Positions 17,870-28,485 are shown, counted from the stretch's first letter. The stretch: DNA of 64,000 bases from Planctomycetota bacterium (GCA_965248575.1 CBDFJQ010000002.1:4032001-4096000); one strand, 5' to 3'. Notes: generated from the letters alone by a model not told the origin. A program made the numbers and translations.

Positions 17870-20800
17870 CCAGACAAGACGTTCTGAGTCCAAAAGTGTG
17901 AGTAAGCCTGCAGTGCCCTGGTCGTTTCGTGATTGGCCTGCAGGACCCGACCGTTGTTGTTGACGTCGAGGTCGATCAGGAACAGGCGTCGCGGGTCGAC
18001 CGTGACGGACGTGAGCTTCGCGGAGGTGCGGTGTTCGAAGTGTTTGTAGCCTCCGATGCCGTCCCAGGTGCTCTCGACCAGACTGCCATCGGCGAAGGTC
18101 GCCCTGATCTCCACAGGCGCTTCGACCGTGCCCAGCTGGCGGACGACGTACTTGCTGAGCCACTCAACGGGTGCTGGCTCGTCCTGAGGATCAGCGGGCG
18201 CCCCTCGGTCGGCATCGGCATCGGCATTGGCAGCCGGGGCCGATGCCAAGGGGTGAGCTGTCGTGAACAAGAAGGACCACAGAGCTTGGAAGGTCGGTTT
18301 CGCCTTGCCGTCGTCTTCTGCCGCGCTGTCCGAAGAGCCGACCCAGGTGATGGGGTCGCCAGGCTTCTGCTGCGAGGTGAATCCTTCCAGGGGATCGACA
18401 CGCAGGGTCTTCACCTCTTCCACCGTCCAGTCCACGGTGCCTGAGGTGCGCAGGAGCTGATTCATCAGCGTGTCGTGCGCGCCCTCGGTGACTTCACTGA
18501 TCACCGCGATGAAGTCATCGCCTGTGGGGTGTTGGAATGCGAAGCGCTGCACGTAGGTGCGCATGATGTCGCGCATCATGGGCTTGCCCACGTGTCGCTC
18601 GAGAGTCTCCAACGACAGGGCCGTCTTGCGATAGACCAGGCCCCCGTAGCCCTTCGTGAACTCTCGTGACGGAGCGGAGAGTGGCCGAGCCGACGCCACT
18701 TTTCGGTAGCTGGACTTCCACCACGCGGGCCGGTTGGCGCTCATGTCCGGCAGTCGTTGACTGCCGACGTTCGGCATCGTGAAGCCCAACAGCGTGGGTT
18801 TCGTCGCGGGTTTGCCAGGAGGGGTGTTGTGGAAGGGGCTCACGGTCCAGCCGATGGCGGACTGCAGTGACAGCGGACTCCTGGAGAAGGGCAACGCCCC
18901 GCGCAGGCCCCCGTTCAGCGTCTTTTGCAGCAAGATCCTGTCGAGAAAGGTGACGGCGTCCGTCTGCCCAGCATTGGTCTCCTGGGCCAGCGGCCAGTGC
19001 TCCTCGACCAGCTCCGTCGTCCCCCAGGTGTTGAGGCCTTCGTCGAGCCAGGCCTCGTCGACTTCGTCGGAGGCGAGGATGCCGTACCAGTACTGGTGGC
19101 CGAACTCGTGGGCCGTCACGCTGACGGGGTCTTCGGTGCCCGTGACCAGGCTGTCCAGGTGGTTGGGGAAGCGCTGGCTGATGGTGAACAGCATGGGATA
19201 TTCCATGCCGCCGCCCTGGCTGTGTGGAAGGCCGTCAATGACGACGCGCGGATAGGGGTAGGGCATCCACCATTCGCCCGCCGTCCGCAAGAACGTCTGC
19301 ATGGCGTCCAACACCTGCTGCGCCTTGGGCACGGCATAAGGTTGGCAGAGGTAGACGATGTCGACTGTCCGACCGGTGATCGGATCCTCGAAGGTGGACT
19401 CGAAGCGCTCAAAGGCCGTGTCGGCACAGAACGCGAAGTCGTGCACATCCTGTGCGACGAAGCGTTGCTTCACCCAGCCCTCGCCGTCCTGCTCGACGGG
19501 GCCAGGCATTCCGGTGGCCTCGAGTACGAGCGCTTCCTCGTCGATGCTCACGGGGTAACGGAAGGTGACGTCGTAGGCTCCGAAGTCTGCAAAGAACTCA
19601 CCGGTGCGATAGAAGGGGCGCTGCTTCCATCCGTCTTCGCCGTGGGCGCAGAACTTGGGAAACCACTGCATGCCATCGATGTGCCGACCCTCTTGGCCCA
19701 TGCGCGCGATGACGTCAGGGAAACGCGTCTCGAAGGCGATGCTGATTTCGATGCGCTCGCCCGGCAGGACGGGCTGAGGCAGGCTCACCTGCATGAGCGT
19801 GTCGCGGATGTTCGTGTCGGTTGCCAGGTCCGTCCCATCGCCGAGCTGGACTGACTGGATGTTCAAGTAGCCGCCGAGGGCTTCGCCTCGGGACCTGACG
19901 TCCTGCTCACTGCCGCCCTGGATCCAGCTGGTGTGCGTATTGCTGAAGGCCGAGGCGTAGAGATGCATCCACAGGTCTTGGACGGGTTCCGAAGTCGTGT
20001 TGATGAAGGTCGCACGGTTCGTGCCGCCAACGGTGCGCGCCTCCACGTCCACGGTGACATCCATCACGTAGGCGTTGTGGTGCGTGGAGAGGCTCACCGT
20101 CTCCGGGGTGGCGCCTTCGGTGTCGGCTGGCTCCTGGGCGCTGAGTGGGCTCGAGAGCCCTGCCACGGCCAGCAGTGCCAGGGCGAAGGCCGTCGCGGAG
20201 CTACCGCTGCCGGGCGACTGTTTGCTCTCTGCAGGCTCGCCAGAGGGCTGTGCGGCATCCGAGACCTCGCTACCCCCTTCAGAGGATTGGGGTCCCCCTG
20301 CCCCTGAACCTTCGCCGCCCGCGGGCGCTTCCGCGCTGGCGGCCGGGGCTGTTGCGGCGGGCGAGTTCGCAGGGGCTGCCACGGCTGGTGTGGCTTCGCT
20401 CGGAGCCACGATCGTCCAAAGGCGGGCATCCACGGCCATGCGATACACGAGCGCTGCCACGAGCACCATCTGCGAGACCTGCATCACGAGCACGAGGTGC
20501 CACTCCAGGCGCAGGCCAGGGATCAACTCGCGCCCGCTCAGGGCAGCCTCCGTGCCCCATTTGTAGATGAAGAACGCGAGCACGAGCGGCCAGAGGGAGA
20601 GCACGCGGCCGAGGCCGATGGATGGCAGGTGGCGCACCACCGACACGAGGGCCTTCAGCCAACTCGCGAGCACGAAGCGCTCGCCAAGCAACACCACCCG
20701 CAGGCGTGCAAAGCGGCCAGCCGTGACGACGATGCCTACCAGCGCCAGCATGAAGAGCGACTTCAGCGTCATGCTCCAACCGAGAACGCTGGCACCGCTG

Positions 20801-21282
20801 CTGTTGTCGTCCCCGATGAGTGCAGATGTGACCCAGCTCGACAAGTGATCGTTGAACCAGCTCAGTGCCCACCAGCCCACGAGGGAGAGGCCCAGCAACC
20901 AGACGAAGCGATGACCGAAGCGCGCGCAGCTCGAGAAGAAGCCGTCGAAGCGCTGTTTGTCGGCCACGCGGGCGAGGACCCCGGCAGACAGGATCGTCCA
21001 GAGCACGATCCAGGCGAAGATGTTCTCCCGCACCAACGAGGCGGATTGCCCCACCGGGTCATCTGTCGAGTCCCAGAAGTCCACGAACGCCTCGTTGTCG
21101 AAGGCTTGCAGCAAGCCCTGTGACATGGGGCTGTGGTCAAAGGTGGCGGCGATCTCCGAACGCACGGGCGTCGACATGAGCCAGGCCATGGAGGCCGTCA
21201 CTGCCCAAAGGATGAGGATCAGGCGCCAGCAGGCGAGCGTGGTGCCTACGGCACCGACCAAGGCGGCAAAAACGGTTTTCAT
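17851..21282 (-). CDS. Fusion: multi-TM membrane domain + linker + M1 family zinc aminopeptidase
   Basis: About 290 aa hydrophobic N-terminus; Ala/Ser/Pro/Gly linker; GGMEYP, HEFGH followed by the WLDEG glutamate. Confidence 0.85.
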   Translation of the reverse strand: MKTVFAALVGAVGTTLACWRLILILWAVTASMAWLMSTPVRSEIAATFDHSPMSQGLLQAFDNEAFVDFWDSTDDPVGQSASLVRENIFAWIVLWTILSAGVLARVADKQRFDGFFSSCARFGHRFVWLLGLSLVGWWALSWFNDHLSSWVTSALIGDDNSSGASVLGWSMTLKSLFMLALVGIVVTAGRFARLRVVLLGERFVLASWLKALVSVVRHLPSIGLGRVLSLWPLVLAFFIYKWGTEAALSGRELIPGLRLEWHLVLVMQVSQMVLVAALVYRMAVDARLWTIVAPSEATPAVAAPANSPAATAPAASAEAPAGGEGSGAGGPQSSEGGSEVSDAAQPSGEPAESKQSPGSGSSATAFALALLAVAGLSSPLSAQEPADTEGATPETVSLSTHHNAYVMDVTVDVEARTVGGTNRATFINTTSEPVQDLWMHLYASAFSNTHTSWIQGGSEQDVRSRGEALGGYLNIQSVQLGDGTDLATDTNIRDTLMQVSLPQPVLPGERIEISIAFETRFPDVIARMGQEGRHIDGMQWFPKFCAHGEDGWKQRPFYRTGEFFADFGAYDVTFRYPVSIDEEALVLEATGMPGPVEQDGEGWVKQRFVAQDVHDFAFCADTAFERFESTFEDPITGRTVDIVYLCQPYAVPKAQQVLDAMQTFLRTAGEWWMPYPYPRVVIDGLPHSQGGGMEYPMLFTISQRFPNHLDSLVTGTEDPVSVTAHEFGHQYWYGILASDEVDEAWLDEGLNTWGTTELVEEHWPLAQETNAGQTDAVTFLDRILLQKTLNGGLRGALPFSRSPLSLQSAIGWTVSPFHNTPPGKPATKPTLLGFTMPNVGSQRLPDMSANRPAWWKSSYRKVASARPLSAPSREFTKGYGGLVYRKTALSLETLERHVGKPMMRDIMRTYVQRFAFQHPTGDDFIAVISEVTEGAHDTLMNQLLRTSGTVDWTVEEVKTLRVDPLEGFTSQQKPGDPITWVGSSDSAAEDDGKAKPTFQALWSFLFTTAHPLASAPAANADADADRGAPADPQDEPAPVEWLSKYVVRQLGTVEAPVEIRATFADGSLVESTWDGIGGYKHFEHRTSAKLTSVTVDPRRLFLIDLDVNNNGRVLQANHETTRALQAYSHFWTQNVLSGWSLIF

Positions 21283-21953
21283 CGGGAGGTGTCCTTGCCA
21301 TCGGCGAGCGACAGGCTGAAATCGGCGAGCGAGGGGATCAGTTCGGTCAGGCGCTGCTGGTGTCGTGGCTCTTCCAGCAGCGAGAGAAGAGTCTGGATGC
21401 GTCCTTCGATGGAGAAAGCCTGCATCATTTCGATCCTGCGAGAGGAGGGCAGGCGCAGGGAGCTGGCGATGCGATCGGCCAGGGTCCCTACATCAAATTG
21501 TGCGGTGACGTCGAAGCGCAGCGGGCATGCAGAGCGTTCTGCGATCCCCTGCAGCAAGCGACGCCGGTGGCGGTAGTCGACCGCGGGGTGGCGATCCTCG
21601 GGGCGCGACTGGAGTTCGAAGCGGATCAGTCGAAAGGGCGCGCTCGGCAGCTCGCTGAGGATCCTGCCTCGCCCCGTCCCGTGCAGCACGATGTCTGAGG
21701 TTCCATCCGGGTTGAGTTCGTCGCGCACCAGCCGGCCGAGGCCCACGATACGTGAGATGCAGGGGCGGCCTTCTCCGTCGCACCCGTGCTCGGGCAGAAG
21801 GGTTCCGATGGCGATCAGGTGGCCGCCTCGACGCACCTCATCCATCATCGCGCGGTAGCGTGGCTCGAAGATGTGCAGCGGCAAGAGTTCGCCAGGAAGG
21901 ATGGCGCCCCGCGGGAGGGGGAAGACAGGGGCTTCATCCGACGGAGTAGGCAC
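21279..21953 (-). CDS. Stand-alone Lon protease N-terminal (substrate-binding) domain protein
   Basis: PVFPL...LPGELLPLHIFEPRYRAM; no AAA or protease domain. Confidence 0.88.
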   Translation of the reverse strand: MPTPSDEAPVFPLPRGAILPGELLPLHIFEPRYRAMMDEVRRGGHLIAIGTLLPEHGCDGEGRPCISRIVGLGRLVRDELNPDGTSDIVLHGTGRGRILSELPSAPFRLIRFELQSRPEDRHPAVDYRHRRRLLQGIAERSACPLRFDVTAQFDVGTLADRIASSLRLPSSRRIEMMQAFSIEGRIQTLLSLLEEPRHQQRLTELIPSLADFSLSLADGKDTSR

Positions 21954-22065
21954 GCTGCCACGATAGCAGTCTTGGGCTTCTCGCCGCAGCAGGGTGGGGC
22001 GACGGGAGTACGTGTCGTGCGAGGCGACGCCGAGATGTCACGACTCCGCCTTGCCGGTCCTCGCG

Positions 22066-22752
22066 CTAGACCCCGCGCTGCTTGCAGTCCACCGCGAGAT
22101 AGCACTCGTCACACTTTGCTTTCCGTGCGCTGCACAGTGTGCGCCCGAGGCCGATCAGGCGGTGGCTGAAGGCGATCCAATGATCTTGGGGGATGAGCTG
22201 CATCAGGTCTCGTTCCACCTTGACAGGATCCGTCTCGCGTGTAAGCCCCAGCCGGCCTGAGGTGCGCTTGACGTGGGTGTCGACCACGACCCCCTCGGCC
22301 AAGCCAAAGCACTCGCCCCGAACGACATTGGCCGTCTTCCGTGCAACGCCTGCCAGCTTCAGCAGGGAGTCCATCTCGCGTGGGACCTCTCGCTCGTGGT
22401 CGGACACGAGTTGGCCAGCCATGGCGATCAGGTTCTTGGCCTTGTTGCGGAAGAAACCGGTGCTGTGGATGACCTCCTCCACGTCCGCCTGCTCAGCCTG
22501 ACTCAACTCCAGCGGTGTCGACCAACGGGTGAAGAGCGCGGGGGTCACCATGTTCACGCGGACGTCCGTGCACTGCGCCGAGAGGATGGTGGCAGCCAGC
22601 AGCTCGAACGCGTTGGCGTGGTCCAGGGCGCACTTGGGGTTCGGGTCGCGTGCAGCCAGGGCGTCCACGATGCGTGTGATGCGCTCACGTTCGGTGGGCC
22701 CCGGGCGGCGGCGACCGCTGCGCGAACGCTTGGGCCCGCTGGATGCGTTCAC
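22066..22752 (-). CDS. nth: Endonuclease III
   Basis: ATILSAQCTD, HhH LAGVARKTANVV, VDTHVKR, C-terminal C-x6-C-x2-C-x5-C Fe-S motif. Confidence 0.95.
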   Translation of the reverse strand: MNASSGPKRSRSGRRRPGPTERERITRIVDALAARDPNPKCALDHANAFELLAATILSAQCTDVRVNMVTPALFTRWSTPLELSQAEQADVEEVIHSTGFFRNKAKNLIAMAGQLVSDHEREVPREMDSLLKLAGVARKTANVVRGECFGLAEGVVVDTHVKRTSGRLGLTRETDPVKVERDLMQLIPQDHWIAFSHRLIGLGRTLCSARKAKCDECYLAVDCKQRGV

Positions 22753-23357
22753 GCCGCACCGCTAGCGAGGACGGCTTGGAGGACGCGCAGGTCCTGCGAC
22801 ATCTCGGGATGGAAGGTGGCGGCCCAGATCGAGCCATGCCTCACCAGCACCGGGCGGTCGTCGTGGGACAGGACGGTTTGGACGCCGTGACCAACCTTGC
22901 AGATGACAGGCGCACGGATGAACACGGCCTCAAGTGGCGCGTCCTGCCCTGCGCCCGCCGCGCCATCAGGTGCATCGCCGGCCAGGGTGCAGGCGTCGAG
23001 GTGCGTGATGAAGGAGTCGCGCTGACGCCCATAGCCGTTGCGCTCGACCTCGATGTCCAGGACAGCGAGCGAGGTCTGGTCCGGGTGCGTCACCCGGCTG
23101 GCCAGCAGGATGGCTCCCGCACATGTGCCCAGCACGGGGCGGCCCGAGAGACAGGCAGCCCTCAGTGGTTCGAAGAGCCCCTCTTCCTGCAAGAGCTTGA
23201 GCATCGTGCTCGACTCCCCGCCCGGAAGCAGGAGAGCTTCGGCGTCGTCCAGGTCGCTGGCCGTCTTGATGGAGAGTGGCACATGACCCAGGGCTTCGAC
23301 CGATCGTGCGTGCGCTGCGAAGTTGCCCTGCAGAGCGAGAATCCCGACGGTGGCCAC
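22749..23357 (-). CDS. pdxT: Pyridoxal 5'-phosphate synthase glutaminase subunit
   Basis: GTG start overlapping the pdxS stop; GILALQG, LPGGESST, GTCAG, RNGYGRQRDSF, FIRAP, FHPE. Confidence 0.95.
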   Translation of the reverse strand: MATVGILALQGNFAAHARSVEALGHVPLSIKTASDLDDAEALLLPGGESSTMLKLLQEEGLFEPLRAACLSGRPVLGTCAGAILLASRVTHPDQTSLAVLDIEVERNGYGRQRDSFITHLDACTLAGDAPDGAAGAGQDAPLEAVFIRAPVICKVGHGVQTVLSHDDRPVLVRHGSIWAATFHPEMSQDLRVLQAVLASGAA

Positions 23358-24247
23358 TACCAGCCGCGCGTCTGGAGCATCTCGCTCGGGTCCAGCTTGT
23401 CCATGTCCAGTCCGACCATGGCTGCTGAGGAGACCATGCGGCTGGCCTCGAGCACCAGGGCCGGGTCGTTCCAATGGGTCGTCGCCTTGACGATCGCGGC
23501 TGCGAAGGTCGGCGGGTCCTGGCTCTTGAAGATCCCGGAGCCGACGAACACGGCTTCGGCACCGAGCGACATCATGAGCGCAGCATCGGCGGGCGTGGCG
23601 ACGCCGCCTGCGGCGAAGTTCGGTACGGGCAACTTGCCCGACTTGGCCACGATGCGCACAAGCTCGTACGGAGCGCCGAGATCCTTGGCGGCGGTCATGA
23701 GCTCTTCTTCACCCATGAGCTTGAGTTCGCGCATGTCCTTCATGACCTGCCGCATGTGGCGCACGGCTTCGACGATGTTGCCCGAGCCCGCTTCACCCTT
23801 GGTGCGGATCATGGCGGCGCCTTCACCGACGCGGCGCAAGGCCTCCCCGACGTTACGGCAGCCGCACACGAAGGGCACATCGAAGGCGTGCTTGTCGATG
23901 TGGAACTTGTCGTCTGCGGGGGTCAGGACTTCGGATTCGTCGATGTAGTCGACGCCCAGGCTCTGGAGTACCTGCGCCTCGGCGAAGTGGCCGATGCGGG
24001 CCTTGGCCATGACCGGGATCGACACCGTGTTCATGATCGACTCGATGATGTCGATGCGCGCCATGCGTGCGACGCCGCCGTCCTTGCGGATGTCGCTCGG
24101 CACCCGTTCGAGGGCCATCACGGCACAGGCGCCGGATTCCTCGGCGATCTTGGCCTGCTCAACGGTGGTGACATCCATGATCACTCCACCCTTGAGCATC
24201 TCGGCGAGGCCGGTCTTCAGGCGGAGCGGGGTCTGTGCTTCGGTCAA
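23357..24247 (-). CDS. pdxS: Pyridoxal 5'-phosphate synthase lyase subunit
   Basis: [41 protein letters not shown]; probable TTG start at 24247 behind AGGAG. Confidence 0.97.
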   Translation of the reverse strand: MTEAQTPLRLKTGLAEMLKGGVIMDVTTVEQAKIAEESGACAVMALERVPSDIRKDGGVARMARIDIIESIMNTVSIPVMAKARIGHFAEAQVLQSLGVDYIDESEVLTPADDKFHIDKHAFDVPFVCGCRNVGEALRRVGEGAAMIRTKGEAGSGNIVEAVRHMRQVMKDMRELKLMGEEELMTAAKDLGAPYELVRIVAKSGKLPVPNFAAGGVATPADAALMMSLGAEAVFVGSGIFKSQDPPTFAAAIVKATTHWNDPALVLEASRMVSSAAMVGLDMDKLDPSEMLQTRGW

Positions 24248-24604
24248 CGTCGTTCTCCTGGTGGCGGCCTCAACTGCCTTCATGGCTCGTCGTGAGGGCG
24301 CGGCGTGCGGTGGCGACGGTCCTGCTGGAGAGGCCCGTGCGAATTCCGAGGCATGGTAACGCACGCCTCAAGGCCGCTGAAAGGTAGGAGCGTGCGGACT
24401 TGAGGCGGACGGGGGGGGGCCGGGTGCACAGGTGTCGGCGTGCTGTTCGAATTCCCTATGGGAAAAGGCCTTCGTGACTCGCTGAGCTCCTCGGCAGCCT
24501 CCACGCGATGCGAGCGCCGGGGGGCGCCGTCATCCCGTCGGGCAGGGCAGAGCGGGGCGCCGTCCCGGCATCCTCGGCGGGCCACCTTGTGGAGGAACCA
24601 TTCC

Positions 24605-25237
24605 ATGTCTCATTCCGTTGGCTTGCTGGCAGCGACCGCTCCGGTGCCACCAGGACTGTGCGAAGCCGTTCAGGGGCACATTTGTCACATGGCAGCCGAT
24701 GTCCCACTCAGCGTTGCGGCCACGGCCGTCGCCCGGCACGTCCGGGAGTGCACCCGATGCGATGAGTTCGTCGACGAGCTGGGGAGGCTGCGTCGATGGC
24801 TCGAGGCGGCGCGCTCTCCTCGTCAGCAGCTCGAGCAGCGGGGCCTCGGCACGGCCGCCGGGGAGCGGCACTTCGAGCGCTGTGCACGCAGGGCCCTGGC
24901 GCGGGAACTGCTGGCCAGGTTGGCACGGGACCTGCTCGCCTTGGGACGTGGGCAGACCTGCCGCCCGTTGGAGGCGCGGGCGAAGGACGTCGGGCGTCTG
25001 GCCACGCTGATCGTCGCCCTGGGCGACGCTCCCGGCGGCACGCCCGAGGAGGCGGCAGCCGTTCAGTTGGCTCTTTCCGAGGCGCCCTTGGCTCCGGAGG
25101 TGGCGCTCAAGGCGGCGTTCCTGTTGGACCCGCTCGGCTTGGACATCGCTTTGGCCCTTCTCAGTTGCCTCGAGCGCCTGGGCCAGAGCGTCTACGCGCA
25201 TCAGCTCACGGATCAGATGTTGGCCCGGCTCGCGTAG
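24605..25237 (+). CDS. Hypothetical protein with anti-sigma-type zinc-finger motif (HxxxCxxC)
   Basis: RBS GGAGG before ATG 24605; HVRECTRC; helical Ala/Leu-rich remainder. Confidence 0.55.
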   Translation: MSHSVGLLAATAPVPPGLCEAVQGHICHMAADVPLSVAATAVARHVRECTRCDEFVDELGRLRRWLEAARSPRQQLEQRGLGTAAGERHFERCARRALARELLARLARDLLALGRGQTCRPLEARAKDVGRLATLIVALGDAPGGTPEEAAAVQLALSEAPLAPEVALKAAFLLDPLGLDIALALLSCLERLGQSVYAHQLTDQMLARLA

Positions 25238-25282
25238 ACTCTGCGGCCTGCCTTGAGCGCAGCCCTGGAGCCGTAGTCCCCC

Positions 25283-26362
25283 GTGACCAGCGAGATCGAC
25301 CGATACGACTACGAGCATCCGCTCGCGTCCATCGCCCAAGAACCGCCGGAAGCCCGTGACGGCGGGAGACTGCTGCACGTCGTGCGCCATGACGGTGGGC
25401 CACCCGTGGACCGGCTCGCGCTGGACCTTCCGCAACTGTTGAAGCCCGGCGACCTGCTGGTGTTGAACGAGGTTCGCGTGATGCCCGCCAGGCTCGTGGC
25501 CTATCGCAGCACGGGTGGCAGGGTGTCGGTGCTCGTGCTAGAGGCCGAGGGGGCGCGAGCAACCGTCCTGCTCGGAGCGCGGGGCCGCTGCTTGCCCGGG
25601 GAGATCCTGGACGTCGGAGGATTCCGTTGGCGCATCGTGGAGTCCCAGGGCGGCGGGCACTTCGTGGTGGAGAGTGTCGGTGGTGAAGAGGTGCTGTCAC
25701 TCGTGGGCGAGCAAGGCAGGATGCCCTTGCCGCCCTACATCCGACGGGAGCCCGAGCGGGACGCTCGTGACGCGGCCGATCGGGAGCGCTACCAGACGGT
25801 CTTCGCAAGGGGGGAGCGCGCCACGGCTGTGGCAGCTCCCACGGCGGGTCTACACTTCACTCCTGAGCTCCTGGCCGCGGTGGAGCAGCGTGGCGTGCGA
25901 CGGGCCACCATCCGTCTCGATGTGGGTGAGGGCACCTTCCGACCGGTCCGCGCGGAGCGTCTCGACGACCACGAGATGCACGTGGAGACCTATCATGTTC
26001 CGGAGCAGACGGCGCGGGCATGGAGGGAGACCCGGGAGGCTGGTGGTCGGGTGGTGGCGGTGGGGACGACCGTGGTCAGGACGCTCGAGTCGGCGGTCTC
26101 ATCCGATGGGCTGAGCCTGTCGCCTGGCCCGGGAAGCACACAGCTCTTCCTGCGCGAGGGGCATCGCTTCCAAGCCGTGGATGCCCTGCTGACGAACTTC
26201 CATCAGCCCCGCTCCACCCTGCTCGTGCTGGTCAGCGCCTTTGGTGGCCATGGACCCGTGATGCGCGCGTACCAGCACGCCGTTGCTGCTGGCTACCGAC
26301 TCTTCTCCTACGGCGACGCCATGTTCCTGGACCAATCCAGCGCGATAGAGTGTCGGCCATGA
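25283..26362 (+). CDS. queA: S-adenosylmethionine:tRNA ribosyltransferase-isomerase
   Basis: IAQEP, PLPPYI, YQTVFA, AAPTAGLHFT, VGTTVVRTLES, TNFHQPRSTL, SYGDAM. Confidence 0.95.
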   Translation: MTSEIDRYDYEHPLASIAQEPPEARDGGRLLHVVRHDGGPPVDRLALDLPQLLKPGDLLVLNEVRVMPARLVAYRSTGGRVSVLVLEAEGARATVLLGARGRCLPGEILDVGGFRWRIVESQGGGHFVVESVGGEEVLSLVGEQGRMPLPPYIRREPERDARDAADRERYQTVFARGERATAVAAPTAGLHFTPELLAAVEQRGVRRATIRLDVGEGTFRPVRAERLDDHEMHVETYHVPEQTARAWRETREAGGRVVAVGTTVVRTLESAVSSDGLSLSPGPGSTQLFLREGHRFQAVDALLTNFHQPRSTLLVLVSAFGGHGPVMRAYQHAVAAGYRLFSYGDAMFLDQSSAIECRP

Positions 26363-28401
26363 CTGCTCCCAATGAGGATTCGGCGAGGGCTGCCAAGGCC
26401 GCTGCCAGGCGCCATGCCGAGCTGGCGAAGGACATCCGGCGCCACGACGAGCTCTACTACACCCAGCAGGCCCCCTCCATCTCCGACTCCGAGTACGACG
26501 CCCTGTTGCGGGAGTTGGTGCAGCTGGAGGCCGAGCACCCCGACCTGATCACGGCCGACTCGCCGTCGCAACGCGTTTCTGGCCAGCCGGTGGAGAGCTT
26601 GCATTCGGTCGCGCACCGGAAGCCCATGCTGTCGCTCTCGAACACCTACAGCCGGGAAGAGGTGGTGGAGTGGTTTGGCAGCGTCGAGGACTTCCTGGGC
26701 GAGAGCGCCAAGGACTGCGTCTTCCACATCGAACCCAAGCTCGACGGCGTCGCCGCGGAGCTCGTCTATGAAGAGGGAGAGCTCGTGCGGGCGATCACCC
26801 GCGGGGATGGGAAGGTCGGCGATGACGTGACGCACACGGTGCGCACCATCCGTGACATCCCCAGCCGTCTTGTGGCTTCCAAACCGCCGGCTCTCTTGGA
26901 GGTGCGGGGCGAAGTCGTCATGACCCACGCGAACTTCCGGATGGTCAATCGTGCGCGGGATGAGGAGGGCGAGGACCGCTTCGTGAATCCGCGCAATCTC
27001 GCGTCAGGCACCCTGAAGATGTTGGACCCACGGCTCGCGGCCCAACGGCCCCTGGACTTCATGGCCTATGGCCTCGGTGAGGTGGAGGGCCTGGACACAG
27101 ACGGGCATGGCGAGATGCTGGAGGCCCTGGAATCCCTGGGGCTGCGCACGGTAAGGCCCCTGGCAGTGCGCGGGTCCTTGGCAGCGGTGATGGACCATCA
27201 CGACGCGTTGTTGCGCAAGCGGGCGGACTTGCCCTTCGATGTGGACGGCTCGGTCATCAAGGTCGATACGCACGCGCTGCAACAGCGTCTGGGGGAGCGG
27301 AGCCGGTCTCCGCGCTGGGCCATCGCGTTCAAGTTTCCGGCACAGACGGCGACGGCCATCGTGCGGGAAATCCTGGTGCAGGTCGGTCGGACGGGAGCCA
27401 TCACCCCCAAGGCGGTGATCGAACCCACCTATGTGGGGGGCGTGACCATCGAGCACGTCACGCTCCACAACAAGGACGAGATCGACCGTCTGGGCGTGAA
27501 GGTGGGCGACCGGGTGCTGGTGGAGCGTGCTGGCGACGTGATCCCCAAGATCCTCGCGCTGACGGAAGACGGAGGCGGGACGGCTTTCCGCATGCCCGAG
27601 CGCTGCCCAGCCTGCGACACGGATGTAGTCGACGACGAGCAGGAAGTCGTGGTGCGCTGTCCGAATCGCACGTGCCCGGCAGTCCTCGCACGTCGCATCG
27701 AGCATTTCGTGTCACGGACCGCCCTGGACGTGGACGGCATGGGCAGCAAGCTCGTGGCGCAACTCGTGGACGACGGCCTGGTCGAGGGTTTGGCTGACCT
27801 CTACGACCTGACCCATGAGCAGCTGGCCGCTCTGCCGCGCATGGGCGAACTCTCGGCGAAGAACGTCGTCGCCGGCTTGGAGGCCAGCAAGCTACGTCCC
27901 TTCGCGCGGGTCCTGTTCGGGCTCGGCATCCGCCACGTCGGCCGCCACGTCGCCGAGGTGATCGCCGCACGCTGGCAGGGATTCCCGGAACTTCGGGCCG
28001 CCCAGTCCGAACAGCTCGAGGATGTGAACGAGATCGGCCCGACGGTGGCAGGGAGCCTGATCGCCTGGCTGGGCGATTCCTGGGAGCAGGGTCAGGTGGA
28101 CCGCATGCTCGCTGCTGGGCTGTCGCCCAAGGCTGCCGAGCCGGTCGTGGTGGGGGATGGGCCGCTCAGCGGGCGGAGCTTCCTGTTCACAGGCAAGCTC
28201 GTGGACATGAGCCGACGTGAGGCCAACGAGATGGTCAAGGCTGCGGGCGGGCGGCTGGTCTCCGGCGTCAGCAAGAACCTGGATGTGCTCGTGGTCGGGG
28301 AGAAGCCCGGGAGCAAGCTCAAGAAAGCCGAGGCCCTCGGCATCGAGGTAATGGACGAGCAGGCCTTCCTCAAAATGGTGCGTGAATCGACCTCGCAGTA
28401 G
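26359..28401 (+). CDS. ligA: NAD-dependent DNA ligase
   Basis: ATG 26359 overlapping the queA stop; EPKLDG, ITRGDG, EVRGE, PRWAIAFKF, Zn-finger cysteines, C-terminal BRCT (GEKPGSKLKKA). Confidence 0.97.
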   Translation: MTAPNEDSARAAKAAARRHAELAKDIRRHDELYYTQQAPSISDSEYDALLRELVQLEAEHPDLITADSPSQRVSGQPVESLHSVAHRKPMLSLSNTYSREEVVEWFGSVEDFLGESAKDCVFHIEPKLDGVAAELVYEEGELVRAITRGDGKVGDDVTHTVRTIRDIPSRLVASKPPALLEVRGEVVMTHANFRMVNRARDEEGEDRFVNPRNLASGTLKMLDPRLAAQRPLDFMAYGLGEVEGLDTDGHGEMLEALESLGLRTVRPLAVRGSLAAVMDHHDALLRKRADLPFDVDGSVIKVDTHALQQRLGERSRSPRWAIAFKFPAQTATAIVREILVQVGRTGAITPKAVIEPTYVGGVTIEHVTLHNKDEIDRLGVKVGDRVLVERAGDVIPKILALTEDGGGTAFRMPERCPACDTDVVDDEQEVVVRCPNRTCPAVLARRIEHFVSRTALDVDGMGSKLVAQLVDDGLVEGLADLYDLTHEQLAALPRMGELSAKNVVAGLEASKLRPFARVLFGLGIRHVGRHVAEVIAARWQGFPELRAAQSEQLEDVNEIGPTVAGSLIAWLGDSWEQGQVDRMLAAGLSPKAAEPVVVGDGPLSGRSFLFTGKLVDMSRREANEMVKAAGGRLVSGVSKNLDVLVVGEKPGSKLKKAEALGIEVMDEQAFLKMVRESTSQ

Positions 28402-28485
28402 CTTGAGCGGGCCAGGGGGGCGACTGGCGTCCTTGCACATATCGGCCTAGACTCAAGGGTTCCAAATTCTTCCTCTGGAGCGCCT

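Noticed and set aside
24364..24407. Inverted repeat CGCCTCAAG...CTTGAGGCG between pdxS and the zinc-finger gene
   Set aside because: The stem is real, but it matches no riboswitch or operator I know; insufficient evidence of function.
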